From Octopus sinensis (taxonomy: Eukaryota), in assembly GCF_006345805.1 (NCBI RefSeq), contig NC_042997.1, positions 188,604,001 through 188,668,000 on the forward strand: DNA of 64,000 nt. The letters run 5' to 3'. The position numbers were made by a program, and so were the translations under genes. Positions 1-12,712 of this stretch are shown one piece after another. Position 1 is the stretch's first letter. The number at the start of each line of letters is the position of its first letter. Below the pieces are notes generated by a model. That model was not told where the DNA came from. It ran no database searches and was given only the letters and a program-made list of their open reading frames with translations.

Positions 1-62
1 AACATGGAAAACGGATGATGATGATGATGATGATGATGATGACGACGACGATGTATAGAGTT

Positions 63-325
63 ATGATGACAAGCATTCTAGTTGATTTGATCAACCGAAT
101 AGCTTGCCTATGAAATTAATATGCAATTAGTGAAGTACTTAATATAGTTCTCAGGGAGATTCAGCATGACACAGAGTTTTGAATTACAGGTATCACTCAC
201 TTTTGCAAGAAGAGTGGACTGAAGCAACAAGAATAAAGTGTCTTGCTCAAGGACACAACATGCTGCCAGGCCTTATGAACTTTTAATCTTATGATCATGG
301 GCTGAATACCCCACCCACTAACCCA
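63..325 (-). mobile_element. Family D tRNA-headed, CORE-like SINE (old copy)
   Basis: Minus strand has a decayed tRNA-like head, then GTTGTGTCCTTGAGCAAGACACTTTATT; tail matches the copy at 6669-6905. Confidence 0.7.
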
Positions 326-740
326 TGCAACATGACATGCATGTACACACACACCACCACCACCAAATACATTATGGAAGGGTGGTTTTAGCTATTTAAA
401 AACACACAAAAAATGGTACATTGATTTTTTTTATTTATTGTAGTTGTTGTACAACTACAATCAAATCACTTGGAAGAGTTTCACTGCATCTCAGTAGAAT
501 GGTGTCAACAACCGAGCCACAGTTGCACGACTATAAGTTTGACACCTCAAAAAAATAAATGAAAAGTTAATTTAAACAGTTTTTGTGAGCTTCAGCGAAA
601 ATGATTCTTTCAAAATATAATTACTTCAGCTTTGAAAAGGATTCATATCAAGTATGGCTCCAAAACATGTATAATATCATTATCAAATTGTGTGTGCATG
701 TGTGTGTGTGAGGGAGAGAGTTTTGTTTGTTTACGTGTGT

Positions 741-1035
741 GTGAAGGCACACAGTCTAGTGGCTAGGCATGTTGCATTCACACTCTCATGATCATGGTTT
801 CAATTCAGAGACTAGCTGTGTGTTGTGTTCTTGAGCAAGACACTTCACTTCACATCGCTCCAGTTCACTCAACTGTACATGGGTAAACCTACGACAGACA
901 AGCATTCCATTCAGAGGGAATGTTGGCCTTCTCGCCTAACCAGTGGGGTGGCATCATTCGAAAGCTAAAACGATGAAAAGTGCATTGTGACCAGTGATGT
1001 ATAACAACATCTGATAGTCTGGTCAATCACATGAG
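741..1035 (+). mobile_element. Family D tRNA-headed, CORE-like SINE
   Basis: GTGAAGGCAC..CTAGTGGCTAGG A-box region, GTTTCAATTC B-box-like motif, then GTGTTGTGTTCTTGAGCAAGACACTT..GCTCCAGTTCACTCAACTG shared with 56400-56737. Confidence 0.8.
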
Positions 1036-2780
1036 AGATATATATATACATATTCAGACATAATCATACATATATGTATACATATTACATTGCACACATG
1101 AATATATATATACACATATATATATATGCACGCATGTGCACGCGCACACATACACACATACACACATACATACATACATACATACATACATACATACTAC
1201 ATACATACATACACACACACATGACAGAGCAATGCCATTACTTGTTTTTCTAATACGCGCAACACAAATGTGGCTATGATGGGCACCTCCGGCAGCAGAT
1301 GTTCAGAGAGCCTACCACTCATACATACAAACATCTTTAATCCATCAGTTTCTTTTGCCAAATGTTAATTGTGTGTGTGTGTGTGTGTGTGTGCGTGCGC
1401 GCGCGCGAGTGTAGACACACACACACTACAATACTAAAATAAAGATTGAGGGACCCACAATTCAGTAAAGGACTTGATACCTTCTATATATATAGAGCCT
1501 ATATTTAATTTCTTAAGCAATATATCAGTAGATAGTATACTCTGTGTGTTTGAGTACATATATAAATTTGCAACTCTCTTTATCTTTCTCTCTGTGTGTA
1601 CACACATACATATACATATACACATATGCCCGCATACACACACACACACACAAACATATAGACAGGCAGACATATACACGCATACATATATACATGTTCA
1701 CACATATGTGTATGAGTGAGAATATGCATATTTGTAGGTGCACAAATACAAATCTATTTTGAATTTTTCTAAATCACAGTTGCTTTTACCTTTTCATATT
1801 TTTAACTAATACAGAATACAATGCAAAAAAAAAAAAAAAAACTACTCATATAGTTTTAGCAGAAGGTAGATATGTGTATATGCAAATATGTGTGTGTGTG
1901 CACGTGTGCAAATGTAGATAACTGCTTGTTCTTTTCTTTTTGTTTTTAATTAAAAAAATATTTTAAAATCAGTGCAGGTAATATGAAAATCAAATATTTT
2001 CTAATGGTTACTCATAAACAAAACAACTACTAAATTGATAATATAATAACTATTTCAGATTGAAAATTAAAAGTAAAAATTAAATACTGTGATATTTTCT
2101 TTTTAATATATAGCATATTTATTGATATAAATATATCAGTTATACTCCCTAAAACATAATAACACAAATATATACAGGCTTGTATATGTCTCTACAATAA
2201 CATTTCTCGTAACAAATACAGATAATTATGCAATTGATCGGCTTTTGAAAAATCTATTGGAATAAGGGAAGTAACTCAAATATTTAATTCATTAAAAGCT
2301 CATTTATGAATTGACGATTTTTTTAAAGCATTTCTCTTGATTAACACACTTACTTAGATTGACACAAGACCTACGATTACGGGGAAAGTAAGGGAAGATA
2401 AATCTACCTGCAACATATAAGCCTCTTTTTTTTATAGATCACTAAGAGAAATCAAATGGCTATAAACGGTAAATCAAGATATAAATGTAAGGCTTGACAG
2501 CCTGGGGAATAAGTCTATTTTATCATTTGTTTCAGTCACTGGAGTGTGGCCATGCTGGGGCACCACCTTGAAGGGCTTAGATAAATGAACTGATCCCAGT
2601 ACTTTTTTTCTAATGCCTAGTACTTATTCTAACAGCTAGGTTGCAGGGTATTCATTAGATAATATTATTATTAACAATAGCAATAAAAAATATTTTCAAT
2701 GTCCCCAATTTTTCTTATTATTATTTAATTAAATTCAAACTGTGTAAAAAACGAAAAATAAATACATCACAACTTGGCAC

Positions 2781-2931
2781 AGTTCTATATTTAAGAGATG
2801 AGGAATTATGTACATTATTTACATTTGACAGATATTTTTCTTAATCTTTTTGTTGTTAACACGACGTTTCAGCTGATATACCCTCCAGCCTTCATCAGGT
2901 GTCTTGGGGAGATTTCAAACCTGGGTTCTCA
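2781..2931 (-). mobile_element. 3' half of the hammerhead-tailed Penelope-like non-autonomous element
   Basis: Homologous to both arms of the 32476-33161 palindrome (ATGTACATTATTT..CCAGCCTTCATCAGGTG). Confidence 0.8.
2858..2903 (-). ncRNA. Minimal type I hammerhead ribozyme motif
   Basis: Minus strand GACAC-CUGAUGA-A-GGCUGG-agggUAUA-UCAGCU-GAAA-CG-UC-GUGUU: intact core, stem I GACAC/GUGUU, stem II GGCUG/CAGCU, palindromic ACGU in place of stem III. Confidence 0.75.
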
Positions 2932-2994
2932 AAAATTTCAGGTTTTGTGCCTTTAGTAGAAATTATTATTATTATTATTATTATTATTAATAAT

Positions 2995-3178
2995 AAAGCA
3001 GTGAGTTGGTAGAAATAATAGTATATTTTATCTGTCTTTACGTTCTGGACTCAAATTCTGCCAGAGTCAACTTTGCCTTTCATCCTTTTGGTGTCAATAA
3101 AATAAGTCCTGGTCAAGTACCGAGGTTGATGCAATCAATTTGAATTCTTTCCAAAAATTTCAGGTCTTGTATCTATAG
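2995..3178 (+). mobile_element. Family B SINE (old copy; further decayed copies follow to about 3630)
   Basis: TCAAATTCTGCCAGAGTCAACTTTGCCTTTCATCCTTTTGGTGTCAATAAAATAAGT matches the family B central domain. Confidence 0.7.
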
Positions 3179-5635
3179 TGTCCTCTTCATCTTATGCCCC
3201 TGTGGCTAATAAAAGAAATGGTGGTGGTGGTGGTGGTGGTGGTGGTGGTGGTGATGGCAGCAGAAACCCAGCAAAGAGATTAGATCCTGCTAAAGCCAAT
3301 TTTGCCTTTTATTCTACCAGGGTTGCTAAAATAAAGTACCAACCAAGTGATGGGTTAATGGTTTCAACTAAACCCACCAACCCACTCAAAATTACTGGCC
3401 TAAATTAGAAAATGTTGGATTAACAAAATCATTAAAGTAGCATATAAAATACCTTGTGGTATTTAATTACAGCCCTTTGCATTCTAAGTTCAAATTCTCC
3501 AAGGCTGACTTTATCCTTTCGTTCTTCCAAGGTTGATAAAATATAACAGCAGTAAGTACTGTGGTCAATTTAATTGACTAACCACTACAACCCACAAAAA
3601 TTTCAGGCCCTTGTTCTTACCTAAGAGACTGCCACTGCTGCTGCTGTCATCAGCAACAACAAAGAATGTTCCTTTGTATCTGCTTGATTGCCACCCCCAC
3701 CCCACCCCTGTACAGAAATCCTGTTAATCCTCTCACATGTTTTTATACCTGAAAATATAGGGGATGGGGTAAAATGGATTCCTCACCCAGTATATGAAGA
3801 CACTGCGAGTGAGAGAGGTTCTCACTGCCTCAACCAATGGCAACGGTTACTTTGTCTAGACCAATATGCCTTTTACATCATAGTAAATGTGGTTTCAAAT
3901 TTATTCCAGTATTGAAACTGGCAGTAAGCCAATGGAGCTTCATTTGCCTTGATGTTAGTTTAATACACCGTCGCCTCATTTATATCAGCAATATTCTTGA
4001 GAAAATCATTAACATTACAATTTCTCATTTCACAAATCTTTATAAATTTGAGATGCCCTATTTTTGCAGTCTTTTATTTTAAAATCATGCCTACTTATTG
4101 ACAATATATACTCCATTTCACATTTTTAATATGAAAAGACGTTATTTTAGCTTTATTAATAATTTCCACTGGAGGGTCCCTTTCATATTGTTTTGTTTCA
4201 ATACAGAGCATGGTCTGATGGTTCTACGCTGCAGTTTTTATAGTATCAAAGGGGAAAATATCAGTGAAGTTATATGGAAGAAGCATCTGCATTTCTGAAC
4301 CCCTCCACCTACAACTTTTATCTTAGTATTGAAGGATGTTGATAATATTTAATTAATATGAAGCCATTGAATATGATACAGTGTAACCAGCCTATGCTAA
4401 GCTCTTGTTTGAAACTGGCTGTATCAACAATATTAGTAAGGTGATGGTAGTTACATATTTGGGTATCTTTCAACAAAATCATATTGGTCAATGTAATGTA
4501 TATTTTGACTGCTGTTGACTGTAGTCAACTATGCACAAATGATCATCTGACCTGCAGCTTAAATGTGTATCATGTAGGTAGATATAAGCAACCAGGATAA
4601 AATGTTTATTCAAATATGTTTGCTTGTCAGAGCCTGACTAACAGTACAAAGAAAATTATTTGTCATATTATTCAGTGAGCAATTTGCTGTTTTACAGAAG
4701 TTTTAAATTGAAACCTGTGCCTGATAATATCACTATACCTGAATGCTTTTACAGATAATGTACAAAACTCCCATTCATACACAAATGCAAACATGCATAT
4801 ATGCATACACATGCACACTAGGATATTCTCTTAGGAAACTGATGTAATAAGTGAATTGGTCTCTTAATTAAATATAATAGAAGAATGTTATGCATGGTTT
4901 ATTGCTGAGCAAATAGACAGCAGAGACACAGTGATAGAATGTTTTAATCATTTTAGATTCTTCAGATCGTTTTGAATGTGTTGTTAAGCTACTGGATAGG
5001 CAATGTTTTTATATTCTTTACTTATAAAGAGCATAATCAATATTTGAAATTATATTATTTTATAAAGGACGTCGTTGTTGCTAAATGATAATAAAAGATA
5101 AAATATTTGGATATTTTCAAATTTTATTGTAGCTAATTGAAATAACAACTAAAGGCGTAATCTAATTATAAAAACTACTTAAGTTTGCATGATGTTGGAG
5201 TAAGAGTTTTTCAGATTTAGTTTTTCCTTTCCTACAGTTAGCTATTTAACTGTAGAATGTATGAATGGCAGCTATTTAGTTAAGTGGACAAAGGCAGAAA
5301 CAACAATACAGGCTGCCTAGGACAATATATTAGCTGTACTCGTAGTAGCCAATAGGTGACAACAGTAACCTCATGATCACAGGTCCACTGATTTTGTTAT
5401 ATAAATAATAGCAGGAGACGCTTATCACAGACACAAGACTATTTCAACAGTCAACAGAATATTATAATTCATGGAGCTTCTCCGTATAACAGTCATATGG
5501 GATACTGGATAAGAAAACTGTAACAATGTAGTTATGATACAATACATAAAAAAAAGGGAATGAATAAAATAGATGATTGAATGGTAGTTGAAAAGGGGTG
5601 AGGTTGATGCTTTGCAAACATTTGGGTTGGCAGTG

Positions 5636-6120
5636 TCTTTCTTCTTTTATATGTTTCAGTCATTGAACTGCAGCCATGCTGGGGCACTGCCTTGAAGGGT
5701 TCCTTAGTCAAATAAATTGACCCCAGTACTTATTTACTTTTTTAAAGCCTCATACTTATTTTATTGGTTTCTTATATTCTTTTCTACACTAGGCACAAGG
5801 CCCGAAATTTTTGGGGAGGGGGGGGCAGTCAATTAGATCTACCCTAGTAAGCAACTGGTACTTAATTTATCAAGGATGAACAGCAAAGTCAACCTCGGCG
5901 GAATTTGAACTCAGAACGTAAAGCCAGGTGAAATACCGCTAAGCATTTCGCTTGGCATGCTAACGATTCTGCCAGCTTGTCGCCCTATTGGTTACTTATA
6001 TTGAACTGCTAAGTCATAGGGATGTAAACAAACCAACACTAGTTGTCAAGCGGTAGCAGAGAACAAATGCAAATACACGCGTGCACACACACACACATAT
6101 ATATGCACACGCGTGCACGT

Positions 6121-6160
<40 letters not shown>

Positions 6161-6303
6161 GGCATCTTTCAGTTTCCATATCTACCAAATCCATTCACTT
6201 TGGTTGACCTGGGGCTATAGTAGAAAACTTTGGCTCAAGGTTCTACACAGGAGAACAGAACCCAGAACCATGTGGTTGAGAAACAAAGACTTCTTACCAC
6301 ACG
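5636..6303 (-). mobile_element. Family A tRNA-headed SINE interrupted by a family B copy
   Basis: Colinear with the reverse complement of 54057-54502, including the internal (CA)n spacer; split at 5779-5985. Confidence 0.85.
5779..5985 (-). mobile_element. Family B SINE nested in family A
   Basis: Matches the 47434-47666 body; 17-bp TSD TATTGGTTWCTTATATT at 5762-5778 and 5986-6002. Confidence 0.9.
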
Positions 6304-6322
6304 ACAATCTTCAGTGTTCCTA

Positions 6323-6640
6323 GAGGAAGGTGGTTTGGCAAGTATAATTCTAAGTTAATGACATAGGATTTATGTCCAAAATACACCAGGTTAGATCAAG
6401 AAAATTCAGCTACTGGTACTATGTAACCCAGTACCACCTGTTTCATGGTTGGGTGATTGATGACTAAACCAGCTACCCCACCTAGCTTGTCAAGTGAGGA
6501 GGATGTTTTGGACACTCTACAGGACTAAAACCAAAACTTATCAAAGGGTGGATGAGTTCAATGTGAGCCAACAGCCATCCACATAAGTGGTGCCTCATAA
6601 AGATACCATGTACATGGGCTGGCAAGGTGTAGAGCAAAGA
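6323..6640 (+). mobile_element. Possible RTE-clade LINE 5' UTR fragment
   Basis: CCAAAACTTATCAAAGGGTGGATGAG..GAGCCAACAGCCATCC resembles RTE 5' UTRs as I recall them; unverified. Confidence 0.35.
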
Positions 6641-6668
6641 AAAGACCAGAATACAAGTTAGTTATATA

Positions 6669-6905
6669 TGTGCATGGCTTAGTGGTTAGGGTATTTGGCT
6701 CATGACCATAAGATCATTAGTTCAATTCCTGGTACCACATTGTGTCCTTGAGCAAGACACTTTATTTCATGTTGCTCCAGTCCACTCAACTGATAAAAAT
6801 GAGTAGTACCTGTATTTCAAAGGTACACGAGTCTGTGGAGTGCTTAGCCACTAGCACATTAATTTCACGAGCAAGCTGTTCTGTTGATTGAATCAATGGA
6901 GCACC
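6669..6905 (+). mobile_element. Family D SINE
   Basis: TGGCTTAGTGG A box, GTTCAATTCC B box, then GTGTCCTTGAGCAAGACACTTTATTTCATGTTGCTCCAGTCCACTCAACTG. Confidence 0.8.
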
Positions 6906-7009
6906 TTTTTTTTTTTCCTTTTTATAGTGCTTGTCAAAGCTTGCAACAGTGAATTATGCACAGTATCTATTTATGATTCAAGGAAGAGATCATTTATCAG
7001 TTACAAACA

Positions 7010-7470
7010 TAAGCACAGATGTGGCTGTATGGTACAAAGTTTGCTTCTCAAACACAAGGTTCCAGGTTCAGTCTCACTGGTCCTTGGACAGGTATTTTCT
7101 GCTATATCCCAACCAAAGCCTTATGAGTGGATTTGGTTGGCAGAAATTTAAAGAAAGCCTTGTGTGTGTGTATGTGTGTGTGTGTGTGCGCGTGCACATG
7201 CATGCGCATACATGTATCTGCATGTTACCTTGTCTGTTGTAAATGAGTGCCATTGTTGTACAAGCAGTGTCGTTCATTTCCCATATTCTAAGAAAACATG
7301 TCTGGCCATGGAGGAATATTACCTTATCCAGGAACAGTTAAAGGCTGATGACAGGAAGAGCATTCAGCTGTAGAAAAAAATCTGCCTTTATTTAATACAT
7401 TCCATCCAACCCATTCAAACAAAAGTGAACATTAAATGGTGGTGGGGATGATGATGATGATGATGATTAT
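7010..7470 (+). mobile_element. Hybrid SINE: family A head with family C-type (GAT)n tail
   Basis: Family A head up to the (GT)n spacer, then a different body ending GGAAGAGCATTCAGCTGTAGAAA..ACATTAAA(TGA)n. Confidence 0.7.
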
Positions 7471-8269
7471 AAAAATGACCTATTATGGTGGTGATGATGA
7501 TGATTGTTTTTACTGGTGATAATTCATAACTCCAGAGATGGGATATAAACCACTGACCCTTTTGGGCAGTAGGTTGCACATCCTATCAAATCAGCCAGCT
7601 GTAACACTTAAAACCATGAGACGGACAAGGAAATCTTGGGAACAAATGCATAAGGATGATCTCAGATAGCTAGAACTAAGAGAGTAACAGAAGAATTAAG
7701 AACAGAAAGATGGATATTAGAAAGAACAATGTTGGTGGTGTTTGCACTAAGTAAAATAATATCTTTGTTTTCTTTTATATCAAACAGTTCTTTTCATGTT
7801 AACTGAGACAGTGGAGAACTAGCATAGATGATTAAGATTATTTAATTCGGTGATTCATTTGTGAGCTCATATCTTGTTCAGACTGACTTTGTTTCCAGCT
7901 GAGAAAATAAATGAAAGATAATAGGTCATTTTTATAATCTAAACCATGCCCACAGAACTGGTCTTAAGGACTTAGTAACGATCACTACACAGACAAAAAG
8001 TGTTACACTATATAGAACACCATGTTATAATAATCACATTTTCATAACAGTATTATATTTTACAAAGTAAAAGAGTTAGAAACAATATCAGCAACAATAA
8101 GCCTTTTTTTTTTTCAGTTAATATTATTGCATTATTTTTCAGCAATATTGGGGAAGGTCCAATATTATTTTTTTTGTCTAAATTCATTTTTAATCACAAA
8201 ATAAATATTTATAAAAAAACCTAACACACAAACAATAGTTCACAGCCTTGCTTCCCAGTTTTATAGGAA

Positions 8270-8725
8270 GTATCAGAAAGTCACACAGCCTATCATCTTT
8301 TTTTCAAAATTCCAGTTACTTATGTACAAATCTGAAGCTTTATAACTTAGGAGAAATGTGGTGGTGGATTGGGGGTGGACTTTCATCAACACAAGTAGCA
8401 ACAGTGACAATTTCATAGGAAACCACAGACCCACAAGACAAGAAACAAATGGCAAGCAGTTTTCATTGGAGACTTACATGTTAGACAATTGAAAAAGTTT
8501 GTTAATGGTGAAGGTGGCAACAATGCTTTTACTAAATTTCTCCTTAGTTCACTGGCGGGTGACAGAGGAGGATATATCACCAGAGAATCTGATTTATGGA
8601 AACCATACTGGTGGTCATTTAGGAGAGAGATATTCAAGATGTTGGTATTGGTGGTTGTTAATGGCTGTCCTCATTACCTTAGAGATAACAGAAATGAGTA
8701 TAATAGAATAACAGTTGACAGGGTC
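8270..8725 (-). pseudogene. Decayed CR1/L2-type LINE reverse transcriptase fragment
   Basis: ORF 8413-8637 contains LLNDHQYGF (RT QxGF motif); pyrimidine-rich LINE-like sequence continues at about 9145-9600 and 9905-10260. Confidence 0.65.
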
Positions 8726-8731
8726 AGAGAG

Positions 8732-9075
8732 GTTTAACATCTACTTTCCATACTGGCACAAGTTGAATGGTTTGACAGGAGCTGGCAAGACCAGGAGCCA
8801 CACCAGGTTCCAATGCCTGTTTTGGCATGGTTTCTATGGCTGGATGCCCTCCCTGATGCCAACCATTTTACAGAGTGTACTGGGTGCTTTTTACATGGCA
8901 TTTGCACTGACGGGATCACCAAGTACTGTGCAAGATGAAAAAAAAACCCTCCGACTGAGAGTGGGCAGTAGTATTGAAGGGGATGTGGCTTTGTGGCAGT
9001 TGAGAGATTTCAGGTATAGAAGTAACAGATATAGGTGTCTTACTGTAGAGTAGATACATGGATAACCCAGTTGGA
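8732..9075 (-). mobile_element. Family C-related element, long variant
   Basis: TTTCCATACTGGCAC..GGCTGGATGCCCTCCCTGATGCCAACCA, plus an extension shared with 45443-45780. Confidence 0.7.
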
Positions 9076-9619
9076 AAACAAATGAGGGTGAGTCAGAGAG
9101 TAAGATAAAGAGAGAGAGATAGTGGCAAAGATGGCAAAGATGTATCAGAACATGCCCTCAAAGGACATTGGAGCTGGTGAGACATAGAGGCTTAGGTTGG
9201 GTGAGTAGACTGGATTGAGGTGACTGTAACAAATGATGGAGAGAAATATAGGAGAGCCTTGGGGGCAGGGTTTGCAGAAGATATGTGAGGGCATTGAGAG
9301 TGATAGCAGGTAAACGAGGAGTTGATGATGAAGAACAGTATGAGAAGGGAGAGAAGGGAGAGAAAGGTGATTAGTTGAAATTGTAGACAGGGAAGACAAT
9401 GGGAAACAGAAGTAGTTCAAGGTGGGGGGAAGAAAGGTAACAGAGAAAGCTGAGGTGGAAGGATGTAGTATGTGACTACTCAGCTCTCAGGTGATAGAGC
9501 AGTGATGGTCATTAGGGGATGAAATGTGGTGGGGGGGAAAGGTTGACAGAGCTGAGAGGATGGAGTGGTAGTAGGATAGAGCCCCTCACACACAAGCATT
9601 ACCAAGGTGGTTTTAGGAT

Positions 9620-9905
9620 ATCAATTCTGCTGTGGTGGACAGCAAGGTACCAGATATCTCATTCCTTTATAAGGCTCAGCATCTTGAGATTGGTCTTCAT
9701 CCCATGTCTTCATGGGTCTCCTTCTTCCACAACTTCCATCCACTTGAAGTGAATGGCATTTCGTTACACAACTGTCCTCACCCATATGCATCACATGCCC
9801 AAACCAGCACAGTCTTGTACGCTGCACCTAATTCCTCTTAAGCCTAACTTTTTCTCATAATACACTAGCACTCTATCACTCTTGTACACTGACACTGCAC
9901 ACCCA
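9620..9905 (-). pseudogene. RTE-clade LINE ORF C-terminal fragment
   Basis: RLCWFGHVMHM..GSCGRRRPMKTWDE matches the RTE C-terminal RLRWFGHVxRM..GRPxKTW signature. Confidence 0.85.
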
Positions 9906-10916
9906 GTTGGTTGCAAAACAGGCAGTGAAGGTAGAAGCTTTCTCTGTGGGAGTGCTGCAACTAGAACAATTATTAGTGAGATGTAGAGAGAGAAAGAGGA
10001 TTCTGCAAAGTTGGTGAAAAACTTTTTGACAGGAGACTTAAAAGGATCAACTGTAACCTGGAAGACAGGATTAACATGAGTGTTGTATGATACACAAAGT
10101 CATCTTTTGCAGTTAGAAGAGTGGTCTCATAGATGTTGCATTGCTGAGTAAATGCCATCAATACAAATATACACATTTTGGATGGTTGAAACCAGTATGA
10201 GCAACTACTGACAATTTCCTCAAGTAACAATAACATGCAATTCTTCAAGTCACCATTTGAGAAATTAATTCAGAAATTTCTTTACTAAAAAAACTTTATG
10301 TCAATAAAACAGTCTGAAAAACTGTGTGTGTGTGTGTGTGCATGCGTGCGCGCGCGAGTGCATGGCACACGCTGCATAAACACACACACAAGAAAATTAA
10401 ATTAGAACTCCAACATATTGATTACTTTTTCTTTTGTTTATTACTACCATTGTACACATACCTGCATGGATATATACATATAGTCAAAACTAAAGATGTC
10501 AAATAGTACCAACACCAACTTTGGGGGTTTAGTCAGATTTAAAGCAAAACCAAGTTTGAATAAACCACAGACCTGGTGAAACCTCAAAGTCATTCACTGT
10601 CAATGAAATTATACTACACACAAACATTTTACACACACAAGCATAAGCAGTTACATGAAGTAGTCTGGCTATTATAACAAACAACTCTGGTCTATGCATG
10701 TCACACTATCCTCTCATACATATATCTAAGCAACAACTTATTCTATCTCTCATATCTCCATGTGCCCTGAAGAAGGGGTTATAACCCCAACATATTGAAA
10801 TATAAGGTAAAACATCAACTGCTTGTTTTCACTCTTATATTTCACTTTGCATGTTTCAGCCTTATGAAAAAAGTTTTTATCTACTATGTGCACATGCACG
10901 CACACACACGCAACAT

Positions 10917-11237
10917 GTCGTCGTCATCATCATCATCATCATTGTTTAACGTCCGCTTTCCATGCTAGCATGGGTTGGACGATTGAGGGCTGATGAACCA
11001 GGTGGCTGCACCAGGCTTCTGGCAGTTTCTACAGCTGGATGCCCTTCCTAACGCCAATCACTCCAAGAGTGTAGTGGGTGCTTTTATATGCCACCAGCAT
11101 GGGGCCAGTCAGGTGGTACTGGCAACGACCTCGCTCGAATCTTTTACAAATGCCACCGGCACAGGTGCCAGTAAGGCGATGCTGGTAACGAACACGCTCT
11201 CGAGTGGTATCTTTTACGTGCCACCAGCACGGAGAGT
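10917..11237 (-). mobile_element. Family C (CAT)n-tailed element with internal tandem subunits
   Basis: (CAT)n-GTTTAACGTCCGCTTTCCATGCTAGCATGGGTTGGACG..GATGCCCTTCCTAACGCCAA, then three TGCCACCRGCAY-led units. Confidence 0.85.
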
Positions 11238-12460
11238 CATTAGGCTGTCAGAAAGAATGCCTCGCAGTATTTTTTCAGCTCTCTGCACTCAGGGTTCAAA
11301 TCCCACTGAGGTAGCTTTACCTTTCATTCTTCTAGGCTTTCAATAAATAAATTACCAGCCGAGAATAACGGAGTAGCTGAATTCTTAGCGCCATAGGACA
11401 GAATGCTTTGTGGTGTGTGTCTTCTAGTTTCATGCATTCTTGTGTTCAAATCTCTGTCACTGAAAAGAAGCTATCAGCTTCACTATCATTCCGTGTACCA
11501 GTACACCAGCTGGCAGAAGAGAGAATGCAAGGAGACTTTTAAGCCCCTCAGTAATATCTCCTTACATATATATATACACACATATGCATACCTTCACCCA
11601 CCCCACACTCACATAGGGAAAAATGCATGCGCGCGCACACACATATATACACAGAGAAATCCATTATAGAGTGATTAAATTATTCTACATTACCAATGTG
11701 ATTTAGTCTGATTCAAAAGCAAATAGAACAACTAAAATTAAACAAAGTAAATCAATACAAAATTCTGATTACATTTCAGTGACATATTCTCTTAGCACTC
11801 CATCATATCTGGGATATTGTTCTAATTTCAAAGCAACAATGGCAGAGGAGGAAGCAAAATCAAAATTGAAAGCATTCTGGTTCAATGAATGAATGAATAT
11901 GAAGAAGAAATTAATTGCTATGGCTGAAAAGAACTTGCAGAGCAGAAGTAACAAAGCAGTTATTAGCCAAGGTGTTTGAATATTTGCTCAGAGAGTATTA
12001 AATAAAAAAAAAAATGGTTTACAAGCAGCTGTGGTGGATAGCTGTTAGCCAACAGGCGGAGATAGGGAGGAAAATTGAAGAGAGTGAGAAAGATAAGAGA
12101 TATTGGAGAATGTGTATGCGAAAGAGAGGGGGGAGGAAGAAAGGGGAGGAGTTAGAACAGGGGGAGGAGTGAGAGAGTGTGACTAAAGAGGGAGTCTTGA
12201 GAGCTAAGAGGGTGAGCTATAGAGCTGAGTCAAAAATGTTTTATACAAACTCTCTACCCAAGATTCAGCGAGGACGACTGGGTGGGGGAAGTTCTATATA
12301 TCAAGATATACACTGGTGGTACAAGTTAAGAAACAAGGAGAGGGGTAAAAAAGAAAAACTTAAAAACAAAGAAAGGATCAATATGGGTGGTAACGAGAAA
12401 GAAAGAGAGAGAGAGAGAGAGGGGGGAGTCAAGAATATTAAAGATAAGACTGTAGCAGAT

Positions 12461-12543
12461 AAATAATAATAATAATAATAATATAATAATAATAATAATA
12501 ATAATAATATTAATAAAAATAATAATAATAATAATAATAAAAA

Positions 12544-12574
<31 letters not shown>

Positions 12575-12712
12575 TATTAATAAAAATAACAATAATAATA
12601 ATAAAAAATAATGATAATGATAATAATAACAATAATAATAATAATAATGATAATAATAATAATGATAATAATAATAATAATGATAATAATAATGATAATA
12701 ATAATAATAATA
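12461..12712. repeat. Long imperfect (AAT)n microsatellite within a purine-rich tract (about 12060-13200)
   Basis: Read directly; accounts for the poly-Ile/Leu/Asn ORFs. Confidence 0.95.

Noticed and set aside
1434-1762. Four overlapping ORFs rich in H/T/Y/C/V
   Set aside because: Translations of (CA)/(TA) microsatellite; the same applies to ORFs near 6081, 26173, 35412 and 56690.
3780-4600. Possible LINE RT relic on the minus strand
   Set aside because: Only faint NYxxL and FDTI-like words; not enough to call.
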